The translations under genes and the position numbers were made by a program. The notes beneath the pieces are model-generated. The model saw only the letters and a list, made by a program, of their open reading frames with translations, did no database searches and was not told the origin of the DNA. From contig NC_092351.1 of NCBI RefSeq assembly GCF_963676685.1, positions 37,944,001 to 38,008,000 of the forward strand: a stretch of 64,000 nt of DNA. Direction: 5' to 3'. The DNA is from Mytilus edulis (taxonomy: Eukaryota). Below are positions 1-14,500 of this stretch, one piece after another (position 1 is the stretch's first letter; each line of letters begins with the position of its first letter).

Positions 1-832
1 TATAGAACGTCCTTTAGTATATATATAATGTCCAGTCAACAGGGGATCGTGTAGACCGCCCAGTGAATGAACAACAAACAACAGGGGATCCTATAGAACG
101 TCTTATAGTGGATATATAATGTTGAGAAAACAGGGGATCCTGTAGACCGCCCAGGGGATACTGTAGAACGCCCTATAGTATAAACATGAACAAGAAACAA
201 CAGGGGACCCTATAGAACGTCCTATAGTAGATATATTATTTTGAGAAAACAGGGGATCCCTTAGACCGCCTAAGGGATCATGTAGAACGCCCTATAGTAT
301 ACACTTGAAAAACAAACAACAGGGGATCCTGTAGAACGTCTTATAGTAGATATATTATGTTGAGAAAACAGGGGATCCTGTAGACCGCCTAAGGGATCCT
401 GTAGAACGCCCTATAGTATACACTTGAAAAACAAACAACAGGGGATCCTGTAAAACGTCTTATAGTAAATAAATAATGTTGAGAAAAACTGGGGATCCTG
501 CAGACCGTCCAGGGGATCCTGCAGAACGCCCTATAGTATAAACATGAACAACAAACAACAGGGGGCCCTATAGAACGTCCTATAGTAGATATGTTATGTT
601 GAGAAAACAGGGGATCATGTAGACCGCCTAGGGGATCCTGTAGAACGCCCTATAGTATAAAATGAATGTAACAAACAACAGGGGGCCCTATAGAACGTTC
701 TATAGTTGATATATAATGTTGAGAAAAAACGGGATCCGACAGACCGACCAAGGGATCCTATAGAAAATCTTATAGTATAAACATGAAAAACAATCAATAG
801 GGGGTCTTATAGAACGTCATTTAATATATATA
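1..832. repeat. Tandem satellite array, ~119-120 bp unit with internal GGGGATCC(T)GTAGA(A/C)CG subrepeats
   Basis: The motif agaacgccctatagtata recurs at ~164, 283, 402, 522 and 641. Units are about 80-90% similar by eye. Confidence 0.95.
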
Positions 833-1310
833 TGTTGTGTACAAGTTGTAATGTTGTACAAATTATAATTTGTACAGAATTTTTGTACAAGTTATCAGTG
901 TTTTGTGACCTGCTGAACAAAAATGGATGATGCAAGCACACAGTATTATGCTCCGCATACTTCTGTCAATTTTTCACAACTTCATGATACAGTCTAATAC
1001 TGAGCATTGATACAAAAACATTATAAAACCACACAAAGATTTTGTATAGATATGAATATGGTATAAGGAAAAAAATAAAATTAGAATTTAAACCATTCAG
1101 GTATCCTCATTTCCAGTTTGAAGGCAATGATAATAGCACTAAATGTTAGGCTGACGTATATTTTTTTGAATTGAAAACATTACACTGGTTCATTTTATAA
1201 GTTAAACTTGTATCACCTGTTGCAAGAAGGTAGGTGTCAAAAAACTTATAACTTGTACAAAAACCCTGTACAAATTATAATTTGTACAAACTTACATCTT
1301 GTACACAACA
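833..1310. mobile_element. MITE with ~60-bp terminal inverted repeats inserted into a (TA)n tract of the satellite
   Basis: Starts TGTTGTGTACAAG..TTGTACAAATTATAATTTGTACAG and ends ..CTGTACAAATTATAATTTGTACAAA..CTTGTACACAACA. TA flanks both sides and the satellite continues in register after 1310. Confidence 0.85.
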
Positions 1311-1722
1311 TATATAATGTCCAGACAACAGGGAATCGTGTAGACCGCCCAGTGAATGAACAACAAACAACAGGGATCCTATAGAACGTCTTATAGCGGA
1401 TATATAATGTTGAGAAAAAAGGGGATCCTGTAGACCGCCCAGGGGATACTGTAGAACGCCCTATAGTATAAACATGAACAACAAACAACAGGGGACCCTA
1501 TAGAACGTCTTATAGTAGATATATTATGTTGAGAAAACAGGGGATCCCACAGACCGACCAAGGGATCCAGTAGAGAGTCATCTAGTATACACATGATAAA
1601 CAAACAGGGGATTCTATAGAACGTTCTATAGTTTATATATAATGTTTAGAAAACAGGGGATCTGGAGAACACGCCCTTTAGTATATACATTATAAACAAA
1701 CAATATGGGATCCTATATATAC
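1311..1722. repeat. Continuation of the ~120-bp satellite array
   Basis: Same unit and orientation as 1-832. Confidence 0.95.
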
Positions 1723-1962
1723 TTTTTCCCAAAATTACAGGGCCCATAAAGGGCATAAAATCAGATACAATTGATTTACATAATTGGTAACAACAACAAT
1801 TATAGAGGCATATACATATATATTTGGAATATAAGCATTGGTCAGAATCAAGCCAAAAACCACATATATATTGTGAATAAATGAAGAATAAAATTACATT
1901 ATATATGTATTTATTCTCAAATTGTTTACTTGACTTAGTGTCAGTTTTCATACCTGATCTCC
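1723..1962 (-). mobile_element. 3' end and UTR of a 5'-truncated LINE, separated from its body (17384-18152) by the Sola3-like insertion
   Basis: Removing 1967-17383 rejoins the minus-strand frame ...KLGCYIGDCFELR|RSGMKTDTKSSK. The piece ends in an atgccc..gggc motif and an A-rich tail against the satellite. Confidence 0.7.
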
Positions 1963-2548
1963 TTAAGAGGCTGTCCATTTGAAAACCAGGCAAGGGATGC
2001 ATAAATGTTGGCACATTAAATTTTCTTGAAATTAGTTTTTTTGCATTAAATGTCCTTGTCATTAGATGTAACAAATGGTGTGTATTTATTATTTGGATGA
2101 AAGTTTGATATAGTCTAAAAATTTGGGATGTTTTAGTACCTGGTTTTACCCTTTATGTCCATTGTAAAAGTGCAATTTTTAAAATTGTTTTTTTTTTGTT
2201 CCACATTTATTTGAAAGGTAAAAATTGTTTAAATAGTAAGATAAATGTGTAATTCATACTATTAAACTAAAAAAATATTGGGATCTACATTATTAGTGCC
2301 TATTTCTTTGTTTGAAATATATCATAAAACTAGTATCTGGATTACCTCCCTTTGAATACCAGTGGGAATATTTTCAATGAATATGTTATTTTGTCAATAA
2401 AATATTACAATTAATATTCTATCAATGATAATAAATTACAATATTGGGGAAAACACACAAAGACTGTGATAAAACTCTTTTTATTGAAAAAATAAATTAA
2501 AAAAATATATTTACTGCGGATTCATTTACTGCATTTGTATACAAGAAA

Positions 2549-5500
2549 ATGGAGGGAATAAATGACTCCTGCAGTTTCAGCAGGTTAGGAGATTGTTCTG
2601 GCCATATCATCCATTTTCTTGATTGCCAGAAAGATGTTGTTGCCCACCTTAGATATCTAAAAGTGTGTACTACAGGTTCAAATGTAAATGAGCAGGATCT
2701 GATACTGTATCGCGCCGGATTGTTTGATGTTGATGCAGCCTGCAGGCAATTACTACTGATTTGCCAAGCCCATAGAGATTCTCTTGGGACTTACTGGAAA
2801 ACAAACAGTTCGAAATGTGCCTATCCAGTCCATTCATCAAAGTGTAAAGGAGATAGAGCCATTGACTTTAAAACTTCAAAAGAACTATTTTTCTTGTATC
2901 AATCCTTGATACCTGTTGGAAGTGGTAAGTTACATGTAATTCAGGTTGTGCCCTTTCCCTAATATGTGTCTATTGCCCAAAGCCTACCAAGCTTACAGAA
3001 CAGGTACATGTACACATGCAGTATATAAATGTCAGACTCATTTCGACACCCAATTTATATGTCATTATATAAAACAAGCATCCAAATCAACATCTGAGTT
3101 TTGGCTCCTCAAATCAACATCCATTTTTGTGGAAATGCTGCAATGACATTTTGCATCGAATGACTTTATTTATGGCTTTTTTGTGTCTTTCAAAATATAA
3201 ATAAAATACAGAAATAATTGCAGGATAAAGACAATAATTGTCTAGTGTTTTTACAGAATATCTGCTGTATTTGTACCCGGCTCGAAACAGGTGTAATAGC
3301 TCGCTAAAAGCTCGCATACACCTATTTTCCTAGCCTTGTACAAATACAGCTGATTTTTAAAGACACTTAACAGTTATAGTCTATATCTATAATACTAAAA
3401 TTACGAAGTCCAATTTTTCAGCCGTCATCACGTAAAAACGACGAATCAAAGAATTCAACTTTATATATCACTAATATAGTACAAAGGTGTAGATTGAAAA
3501 TTACACCACTCCAGGCCCTTTTGTTTTCCACGTAATTAATATTGCCAATAATTAAGAAGTTCCGGGTCAAGTCCGATACCGATACCAATAGTATATTCAC
3601 CTGTTACCTATTACCTAATCTGTACGTTCCGCATCTGACAGGCGCACCACCAAACGGTGTATTCAGGGTTAATACCTATTGTAGTATTTTAATCAGTAAG
3701 ACTTTCTAAGATAACAAGACTAAAAATGAGGAACAGTTTTCAACTTGTTAGTGGGCATATACATGACGTAAAACAGCGAATCAAAGAATTCATCTTTAGT
3801 AAGTTAAAACTAATATAGGACAATGTTGTTGATTAAAAATACTCCATTCCAGGACCTTTTGTTTTCCAAATAATTAATATTACCAATAATTTATAAGTTC
3901 CAGTTCGACGGGTTCAAACAGAAAGATTTGAAAGCAGAGAAAAACTGTGTATCTTATAATCGGCATGACTTTATCAGATGACCATACTAATACTTAAACA
4001 AGGCTTGCGCATAGTTATATACCTTAATTCAGTCACGGACCCGCGATATCACGGGTGTGTTCTAGTATTAATATATATATGCAGTTAGGGAGCTACCATT
4101 TGATTTTTAAAGGGGGTTATGAAAATATTGTCCTGCATTTTTACAAGTTTATCTTATTTTTGTTGGCCCAGTTGCTCAGTCATCGTGCCTATTTTTTACT
4201 CCAAACTCCTGTCCTGTAATTTTTTTACCCAGAATTTCAATCCTACATGTACCTATAAATGTTTTTGTGGCAAGTGTGCAAAGGACAAAATCGCACACAA
4301 TACATAGAACATATACAAGTTATCAATGAATAGGGCCTTTATTCCTGTTCTCCATCTTGACATTCACCCGACGGTCTTCAACATTGAAAGAATAATTTTA
4401 CCCTACAAGATGGCCACTAGCATGACTAGGGTCCGCTGAAACAGTACTATTGATAAACATAACCATGTTCAGGTGCTTGCTCTCCCCCCACTGTGGCGTG
4501 CCTACTTGGATGATATGTGTGTACGGCATTTTTCAAGTCAAAAGCACCGGGGATACAAGAAAAAATGAAGTGATTTTAAAAGAAATTACCCCATAAACAA
4601 GCTTTGAAGCTACAAATGTTAAAAGCACTCAATGAATTTCAAAACTTGTAATTACGGGCAGGTTTGCCGATGCCAAATAAAATAATGTGTGTGTTTCCTA
4701 TTACATTGTACATGTACATCTTTGAAAAAAAGAGTAGGTACGTACATTTTGTACATGTATAATATAATAATACTTTATTTTCCGAAAGCAATACAACTTA
4801 TGTAGTTAGTGAGTCTAGGAGGGAAATCCTTACTTTTAAAAACAGTGCTAATGAAAAATGGCAAAACAAACTTTAAGGTACATGTACATGTAGGCTATTT
4901 TTAAGCTTAAATATAGGGAAGTACATTGTAGAGAACACATATATTTTTTATTTGACCTTTCACATACATTGTATTAGTCAATTACAGTCATATATTTCCC
5001 AACAAAAGACCAATACATGTACATGTACATATATAAAACGAAACAAAAATGATAGAAGGCACTTAGCACATTGAAATATAATATATCATTATCTATGATG
5101 AGTTTATTATATGTAAAAAATTAGAGCAGTTTTAAAATGTACGAAATGACACCAAAAAAAATGATGACTAGGCCAATATTTTGAAGAAATAAAAAAAATA
5201 TTAATAGCCATAGGAGGTCAAATTAATCAAAGAAAAAATGCACAAGTTGCAGATAAATGAACTCAATTTTTTTGTCTGTTTATGATTATTCCATATTCTA
5301 ATTACATGAATATCTTGACTGACTTGAAATTTCCCATCTGTCAGACCTGTTTTCTTCCCCTTTATTACATGTAAGTAAAATTCCGAATATTTTAATCTGG
5401 ATTTTACCAGGGCGTTTTTTTTTTAAATTTTATTTACATCCGATATAAATTTTTCCTTTGTTTATATTGGCCTTGTAAAATTTGTTTATCTTTTTTTTAA

Positions 5501-8500
5501 ACTTTTGCAGGAATATGTAAGCCATGTAGAACTTCTCACCCTCATGTGATTTCTACAAGGAGTCAAATGTACAGGACAACTTCATATGGTGATGATACAG
5601 AATCAATAGAACTTGCAAATTTAGGTATGATTTATATAAATTGTTGTCTACTCTACATGTATATAATTTCAGTTATCCAGTGAACATATATAGTGAACCT
5701 GTAAATTTATGAAAAGCTTTAAGAAAAGCTTATGGTCTATGCCATAATTTCTGGTATTCAGTGGATCTGTAAATTTATGCAATCTTACGTAAAACTTAGA
5801 TTCGAAATTGAAGTCAACTCGAAGTTCAAATCTTGAAATACAAAAAGCAAAGCTGCGTTATCATCTATATTTTCTGGTTCTTGCATCCGTCTGTCAGTTT
5901 GTCCGCCTATCCCGGATAAGTTTGAATTATTTAGTAAAGGAAGTTTGTTATGAAGTAAAAGTCTCACTAATTTAAAACCTAGTGCACACGTCCCTAATGA
6001 TGATAAGATTTTTAATCTGAATTTAAAGTTCGGACTAGAAGTTATTAACTCTACAATAAATTTTGAATAATTAGATTAAACTTTGGCCACGCTTAACCTT
6101 TGCTAATGCTCCTTTCACTTATTTTTTTAATATCTGCAGCATGATACTTTTATTTTATGAATTGTTTTGGTGTTTTTTAAGAAACTTTTTTATCATTCAC
6201 TTTCTTCATGAATAATTTTAATGCCAGGCTTTTTCTTGATTTTTAATTTTAAATTTAAACTATATATTATATATATATTTTTTCAACAGATATTTACCAT
6301 GAATTCGAAGATGATAAGGATGATTCTTGCAACAACAATACAAGTACCAAAAATTATGAATATGCCACAGAAAAAGAGGAACATTTCACCCTTGCCAGCT
6401 GCAGTCAGACTTCTGATTGTGGATGTTAGTAAATTAAGTACATTTTGTAATACAGAAAACCAAAAAGCTTGTTAATGAGAAAGTTTGGGGACACAATGAA
6501 TAAATGATTATGGTCCAAATAGCACAGTATGATACATTTCCCGGAGATGAAAATACCAAGAGACCAAACAGTCCTTTAAAGGGCTACCAAATTGTTTAAA
6601 AAAGAATCTGTTATTGTTATTTTTAGTCAACATTTATTTTTTAAATATCTCTCTGATTTTAAATTGTTACCTCTCTTCCCTGAATTACTCACAAAAATAC
6701 TATTGAAACAATTTATCAGAATTATATGATAAAGCGATTACATGTAATACAGGGCCTTTTCCATAACAGCCTGGGTATCATCCCTCGACCTATATTGGCA
6801 CTCAACTAAAGTCTCGGGGTGTTGTGTGGGTCACTGAATGATACCATGGCCAATATGGAAAAGACCATGTATATTAATCTACCGGTATGTATAAGAGCTG
6901 TTGTCTTTAAAAAAGGAAAAAAAATACTTTTTTGCAATTTCTAGCTAATTATATAATTTCATTAATTTGCAGTGTAAATCATAACAGATAATTAAAAACT
7001 TTTTGTTTCACTCTTGGGTAAATGAAAGGGTCATGAGATTTCTAATTTTTCCAGGTACGCAATTCAGGCTTTATAGAGCCTCTATTAATATTGGAGGATC
7101 CAGGGGGAGGGTTGTTGGGGTTGGAACCCCCCTTTTTTGGGGCGATCAATGCATTTAAATGGGGACATACAGTTGGAACCCCCTCTCCCCCTTTGTCCTT
7201 GGTTGGGAACCCCCTTTTTAAAATGAATCCGCCCCTGATTAATATTTATTGAAGAAATAACTGGTAAAATACCCAACAGAATAAAATATTCATATACATG
7301 TATTTATTTTCAGCTTATTTCTTTCCAACTCAAAGTACTGCCACGGTGAGCAGCCATGAAGAATGGGAACCTGAAATGTCTGGCTTAGAGAAAGTCAATG
7401 CTGTTATCAAACTTGTTTCTGATGGCTCTTTTCCACTATTGAGGTAATGTTATTTTTTGAAAAAGTTTTGGTCGTACATTGGTATCAGGTAGGCGTCGTC
7501 GTAGTGGTTGTCTTCTGAAGACATTTGGTTTTCGCATTCTAACTTTAGTAAAAGAAAATAAAAATCTATGAAAAGGAAGGTTGGGATTGATTTTTGGTCC
7601 CAACAGTGTACATGTAGAAATAAGGGGCCAAAAAGGTTTAAATTGAACATTATTTGGTTTCATCAAAAATTAAATTCTTAGGGTTCTATGATATGCTGAA
7701 TCTAACAATGTATTTAGATTTTGGATATTGGACCATAAAAGGTAAATGTCCAATTAAAGATTTTTAAGTTTTTTAAGTTGAAGTTCTTTGACCACATGCA
7801 CTCTGTGTCAGAAACCTACATTGTATGTTGTGTAAACTATTTAAAATCACAATCCAAATTCAGAGCTGTATCAAGCTTAAATGTTGTGTCCATACTTGCC
7901 CCAACCATTCAGGGTTCAACCTCTGGTCAAAATAAAGCTGCGCTCTGTGGAGCATCTGGTTTTACATGACTGCACAAAAAATGTATTTGTAACATTATAT
8001 TGCTGTCAGTCTATCATGTTAGTGTCATTGTCAGCATGGTCAATAGACATTTGGTTTCTAGACAATAACTTAAGTATTTATAAATGAATCTTTATGAAAT
8101 TTTACCAAGAGGTTCGGTGTCAAAAATGGTCTGAAAACAAAACTCAGTAATGCGCATCAGCACAGTATTGCACAACAGCAAGAAATCTTCAATTGAAAAT
8201 AAAACGGTACAAATCTTTTTACCAATTTCAATGGGCATTAATTAATTTCAAAATGCAAAAGATTAATATGTTCCATGTGATATGATCTTTCTTAATTAAA
8301 AACAAAATTAATCTTTTGACCCCATTTTCATGGTCCACTGAACATAGAAATTAAAAGTGTGAGTTTCAGGTTAAAGTTTTTGGTCAAGGTAGTTTTTGAT
8401 GAAGTTAAAGTCCAATCAACTTGAAACTTAGTACAAATGTTCCCTTGTGGTTGATCGTTTTACTGTTAAGGCCGAATAAGTTTTTTTTACCCAATTCCAC

Positions 8501-11500
8501 TGTCCATTGAACATGGAAAATGATAATGCGAGTGGGGCATCCGTGTACTTTGGACACATTCTTGTTGTCAATAGTATATGCTTGAAAATAACAGAAGAAT
8601 GATGTTTAAAACAATTTTTTAGATTTTGTAGCTTAGTTCATCATCCAAAATGGCTGCCAGCGGGAGACTTATTTTAACTTAGGACCCTATAGGAATTACA
8701 TACAAATGTCTCTTTTGAGAGAACCACTGAATGGATTGAAACAAAACATGGCATGAATGTTCCTTATGGGGTGCTGACTAAATGTTGTTAATTTTTATCC
8801 GATCCATCATTCAATAAGGGCGCCAGCAGGGGACTTAGTTTAACATATAAGACCCTACAGGAAATACATGCACATTTCATCTTTTAGAAAACCACTAAAT
8901 GGAATGAAACCAAACATGGTATGATTGATCCTTATGAGATGATGACCAAGTGATGTTACTTTGTAGCTTTATTCATCCCCCAAAATGGCTGCCAATGGGG
9001 GACTTACTTTAACTTAGGACCCTATAGGAAATACATACAAATTTCTTCTTTTAGAAAACCTTTTTATCGATTGAAGCCAAACATGACATGAATGTTCCTA
9101 ATGACTTAGTAATGTGGTGCTGACCAAGGGTTGTTACTTAGTTACTTGTACTTTTTTGTAGCCAATCCATCATCCAAGATGGCTGCCAGCAGGGAACTTT
9201 GTTTAACATAGGACCCTACGGATAATACATGCAAATGTTCTAATAATCTTATTAAAGCCAGGTGAGCAATTCTGGCTCTCATGTGCCTCTAGTTTTGCTT
9301 GTTATCTCTCTATTTACATGTATATAAGTTTCTTCTTATATTTCAGATCTCAGCTTACAATACCTTGGGAATCAGCGTCAAAAAGAACACAAAGTTATTA
9401 CTTGAAAAAAGCTGATGACTTGGTATTAGGAACTTTACAGCTGATTGCCCCAAACCAGTCAGACACCTTATTTAAGAGTATTGTCCAAAAGAACAAGACA
9501 GTTAACCTTGATTGTCCTGATAATTATCTTCCGTCTATGATTGCTGCATACCAAGAAGCAGATTCTCCATATCTTAAACGTCAAATTTTATCACTATTTG
9601 CAAGTAAATATTCTAAAGAGGCTTTATTGACCGCAATACCTGGTTTGACAAAACACAAGATAGAAGCTGCGAGAAAATATGGAAAGGTCAAAGAAACAGA
9701 ATTGCTAGATCAAGACCATAATATGACTGCCAAACTTCCCATCGAAAAAGTTCAGCATTTTGTAAGTTTTGTATCTCAGCCACAATATGTTCAAGATGTT
9801 GCATTTGGAGAAAGGATCCTTAAACTATCTACTGGACAAAAAATACATATACCTGATGTTGTTAGAACAGTAATAGGCAGTCGAATAATTTCATCTTACA
9901 AAGCATATTGTTCAGAATCAAACTTTGAACCGTTGGGAAGATCAAGCCTGTACAACATTTTGAAGCAGTGTTCAGCAAGTCAGCGTAAAAGCCTTAGTGG
10001 TTTAGACAATACAACAGCAGATGGTATAACATCTTTTGACAAGCTAATCAGTTTGACAGACAATATGGAGGATTTCACTCAAAATGAAGTTCATGATTTC
10101 AAGGTATTTTATTCAATATTTTTGGATACAGATGCCCTATAATTTGTCCTACCATATGTCTTAGTAAGATCCATATAACTCGTTTGCCCACCATAAAGGA
10201 ATGTTACTTTGTAGAACTTGTTTTCATGTGGACAGTAGCTGACCAATTCTCAAAGTTTTCTAGCAGTTATGAATGCGCTAAAAGAATATTTAAACCTCAT
10301 ACGGAAAAAATATCAAAATTTGCAATGAAAATATAAATATCAGATGTATAGGTATTTACAATCTTGTAACTTACATACGGTATGCTTTGAAAGTCCATGA
10401 TCTATCTTCACGGACAGTTCCAAGATCAAAGAACTCGTATGAGATTACATCTACATATATATGAAATTCTGGAAAAATTACATGTTTGCCCAAATCATAA
10501 CTTTATACATGTAATTGTTTGAACATAATAATAGAAGGATGAAACTATGTATGAATGTAGAGTAATTTTTTTACAGTGCAATTGTCAGTTTGTAATCACC
10601 AATGACTCACCATGCAGCATGTCATATTTCTAATGCATTTTACAGTTGTATAATTTTCATATGAATATAAAGCATGTTATACATGTATAAGGGATGATAT
10701 GAATACTTTTTTTTATCTTGCAGGACATTCAACGAAGATTACGAGCTTCAAAGCGGTATTTGTCTTGCGATTACAGATGGCATGTTGAAAAATCATCAAA
10801 AGTAGCTGATCATTGCATGCATTATGCTCTTAGTGATTCAAACGTAAAAGATTTACAAGAGAAATGTGATCATACACATGACGAATGTTGTGAACTGTGT
10901 ACAGATATGAGCTCTGTAATTGACGACCTAGAGCAGATTGTTATAGATGGAACATTTCCATCAGAAGAAATGAAAACTGAATATCTGCATGACTTCCAAA
11001 GCTGCAAGGAAAAAGTGTTTCAGTGGAAGCAACATGTATTGAGAACAGTCAGTCAAGAACAGGCAAAACATTTGGTTCTTGAGAATCTTCTTCCAAATGA
11101 AATTTTTATAGTTATGGATTGGGCAATGAAATTTCTTCCATGGTTTGACCGTGAAAAGCAAACTGATTTTTATGGTAAAAAGGGAATTAACTGGCATGTA
11201 AGTGTTGTATTATCCAGAGGTATTGATATGAAAATCAATACTGACTGTTATGTACATTTGTTTGACAGTATCCCCCAAGGATGGTATGCTGTTGCTTCAA
11301 TAATTGAGAGCTTATTAAACTGCATAAAAAGCAAAGATGAAACTAAAGATACAGTATATCTTCGTAGTGATAATGCCTCCTGTTATCACTGTGGACCACT
11401 GATGGCTGCTATTCCAGAAATTTCTCAAAGAACAGGATTAAACATTTCTCGGTACGATTTCAGTGAAGCTCAAAGCGGTAAGGATATTTGCGACAGAAGA

Positions 11501-14500
11501 ACTGCTCCAATGAAGATACATGCAAAACGGTTTGGAAATGAAGGTAACAATATTACAACTGCAGAAGAGTTGAAAAGAGCCCTTGAAAGTTATAGTGGTA
11601 TCATGAACACACATGTGTATGTTGCTGAAGTTGATTTTAGTGCACAGACTATGAAAAAATGTTCCATACCAAACATAAATATGTACAACAATTTCAGCTT
11701 TGAGATTGGAGGTCTTAGAATGTGGCAAGCTTATGATGTTGGCATAGGTGTCTTCATTTCATCTAGGGATTTGAAGAAGATGTCAAATGGAAAACAAGAT
11801 GAAACAAATCTTAAGGTGAGTAGAAATTTAAAACAAGCCAAGTGTATAGTATTATTTTAGGTTTAGACATGCAGGAAAAGCCCTTTTAATCAATAAACAT
11901 TCTGACAAAGTGTGTTTTTCTAACCAAACTAATCCTTTGACAAATAAAAATGTACCAAGTTCAAATGTAAATAACTTTTTTTTAATATCAAATCTATACA
12001 ATTGGCAAGGTTGATGGTAAATTGAAAGGCCCAAGTAAAAAATTGTATAACAACAAAATATAGTTATAATTTTTTGCCCTAGGTCTTCTCCTTTTCTAGA
12101 AACATGTTCAAGTTTAACATGGTATTACACTGTCATGCCTGTTATTTTTTACCCTTGAAATAAATTCACAAAAAAATTTGAATTTTAAAGAAAAAAAACC
12201 TGATCCTAATTTTAGAGTGGATGTAAAAGGAAGCACAATTTTTTTTTCCTTTTTGTCAAAGAACACTAATGAATTCATATTGAATAAGAAGTGTACAATG
12301 TTATAACTTTAAAATTACTACAACTTGTTTGTATTATTAATATTTTTGCTTGACTATATTGTAGATACTGGAAATGCCAAAAGTTACCAGAATAGGAAAG
12401 AGTAAAATAAGACCAAGAAAGAGCCTTAAGAGGAAGCACAGTGAAACAAATAATGAAAAGGTTTTCATTTTTTTTCTTATTTTTATGATACAATATGAAT
12501 AAATGAATAAGAAGATGTGGTATGAATGCCAATGAGACAACTCTCCATTTAATACACAATGTAGGTAAAGTAAGCTAGGATTTTTATCAAATCAGCTGTA
12601 AAGGACCCCAAAATGGCCAGTAAAAATCTTTTTCAAGCCAGGAAAACAACAACCTTATTATAACGTATACAAAATAAAAATGAACACACGAAAACAACAG
12701 ACTGAATTAGAAAAGGTTTTTACAAAATGCAGCAAGTTTGTATGTTTTAAGTTCATCTCCCTTTTGGACTCCTCAAATGTACATTTTACATGAATGTTGA
12801 ACTAAGTAATAATATATAAGCTTTAAAAGTCCAAAGTCTGCTCAAAGATCCTTTAACTTACTAAGGTAAATTTTACATGTTTAAAACTGAGTTAAATGTA
12901 AAATTTACTTTCTTAACTGTTATCACCTATATCAATTTTAGATAACAATATTGGAAATATGTGTTTATGATTAGTATATTTTTACAGGAAAGAAATGAAA
13001 CAGGAGATGTTGAAGACAATATAGAGGAAATAAATGAGGAGAACACAGAGGAAAATGCTGCTAGTCATGAACAGATGAATGAGGTAACAGATACATATAG
13101 ATTCTTACACTAAAACAAGTGTACTATGATAATTCTTCACTCGAGACAGTTAAATTTTATTATTTAAAGCGCAAGGCTTGCCGAGCCCTTTAAATAATAA
13201 AATTTAACTGGTGAGAGTGGAGAAATATCGTTATACAGGAGTTATAGTGTCGGAATCTGTTTCTCTAATGCTTTTTATCGTTCTTTTTCAAAGATTTTCA
13301 GAAAATTGTGTTCTTTATATGCGATGTCATCAGGCAAGGTCGCCTTTTTTCATGACGTCACAATAGGAAAATGGAGAAGAAAACAAAACATTTTGACGTC
13401 ATAATCAAATTTCGACTAATCATTTGCCGTGAACAGATTTTTCACTAGTGAGGAGAAATATTTTTCTCACACCGGTCAGGAAATGTGAAAATAGCACAAA
13501 AATTAGAGAAATACAATGTATATTCTTTTGTGGTTAACATCACTATCCTTTCATCTTGCAAAAGAAATTAAGGATGGACCAATCTATCTAGACTTTGACA
13601 ATATTGTTCATAGATATAAGAAGATGTGATGTGAGTGTCAATGAGACAACTCTCCATCCAAATAACAATTTAAAAAAGTAAACCATTATAGGTCAATGTA
13701 CAGCCTTCAACACAAAGCTTTGGCCCAAACCGAACAACAAGTTATAAAGGGCCCCAAAATTACTAGTGTAAAACCATTCAAACAGGAAAACCAAAGGTCT
13801 AATGTTTGTTTAGGTTTTATTAGTGTCCTGTGTTGTTAGTGTCTTTATACCCCCAAATAAACAAGTTTTCAGGGATATATATAGGAATCACCCTGTCGTC
13901 CCTCCATCTGTCTGTCCATCACATCTCATAAGTGCAACTCTTCCTTAGTATTGATGTAACTTCAAACAGTTGTAGTACACAACCTAAGGATGTGGACAAA
14001 GGAAAATATTTAAGGATGGAACTATTTTAAGGGAGATAATTGACTTTACTTAGTTAAATATACATCTAGCAATAAATGGCAACAAGTCTTGTTAGCGCAA
14101 TTACTCCTAAAAAGAATAAAATTGATGAAACTTTACCCAGTTGTACACAACCTGAAGATGTGCATGAAGGAGGATATTTCTGGTCTGATTTTTTTCAGGG
14201 GAGATAATTGAAATTACTTAAGTTTAAATACCCACAAATTCGTTCAAAGTATACATGTATGCATGATAGAGTGATTCAATTCTGCTGTTTTTTCACTTCT
14301 TTTATACAAATGTATTTTTTTTTCTTTTGCAGACTGATGACTATACTTGTGGTGAATGTGGTCTTACATTTGTTAGTCTACATGAATATAACATTCACCA
14401 GGACATTGGAAATCATAAGATCAGGCATGCTGATCGAGTAAAAACTTTTTGGAGTAGTAAATGCACTAACATAAAAGAGTCAATGACAAGTGTTTTTTCA

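Noticed and set aside
1-1722. Regularly spaced repeats resembling a CRISPR array
   Set aside because: The whole 120-bp unit repeats with no unique spacers, there are no cas genes, and the context is eukaryotic. It is a satellite.
615-2074. Minus-strand ORFs 615-797, 1246-1488, 1391-1603 and 1646-2074
   Set aside because: These are translations of satellite sequence, or a chimera across the transposon/LINE junction.
10961-11728. Antisense ORFs 10961-11197 and 11438-11728
   Set aside because: Shadows of the transposase exon with no recognisable motifs.
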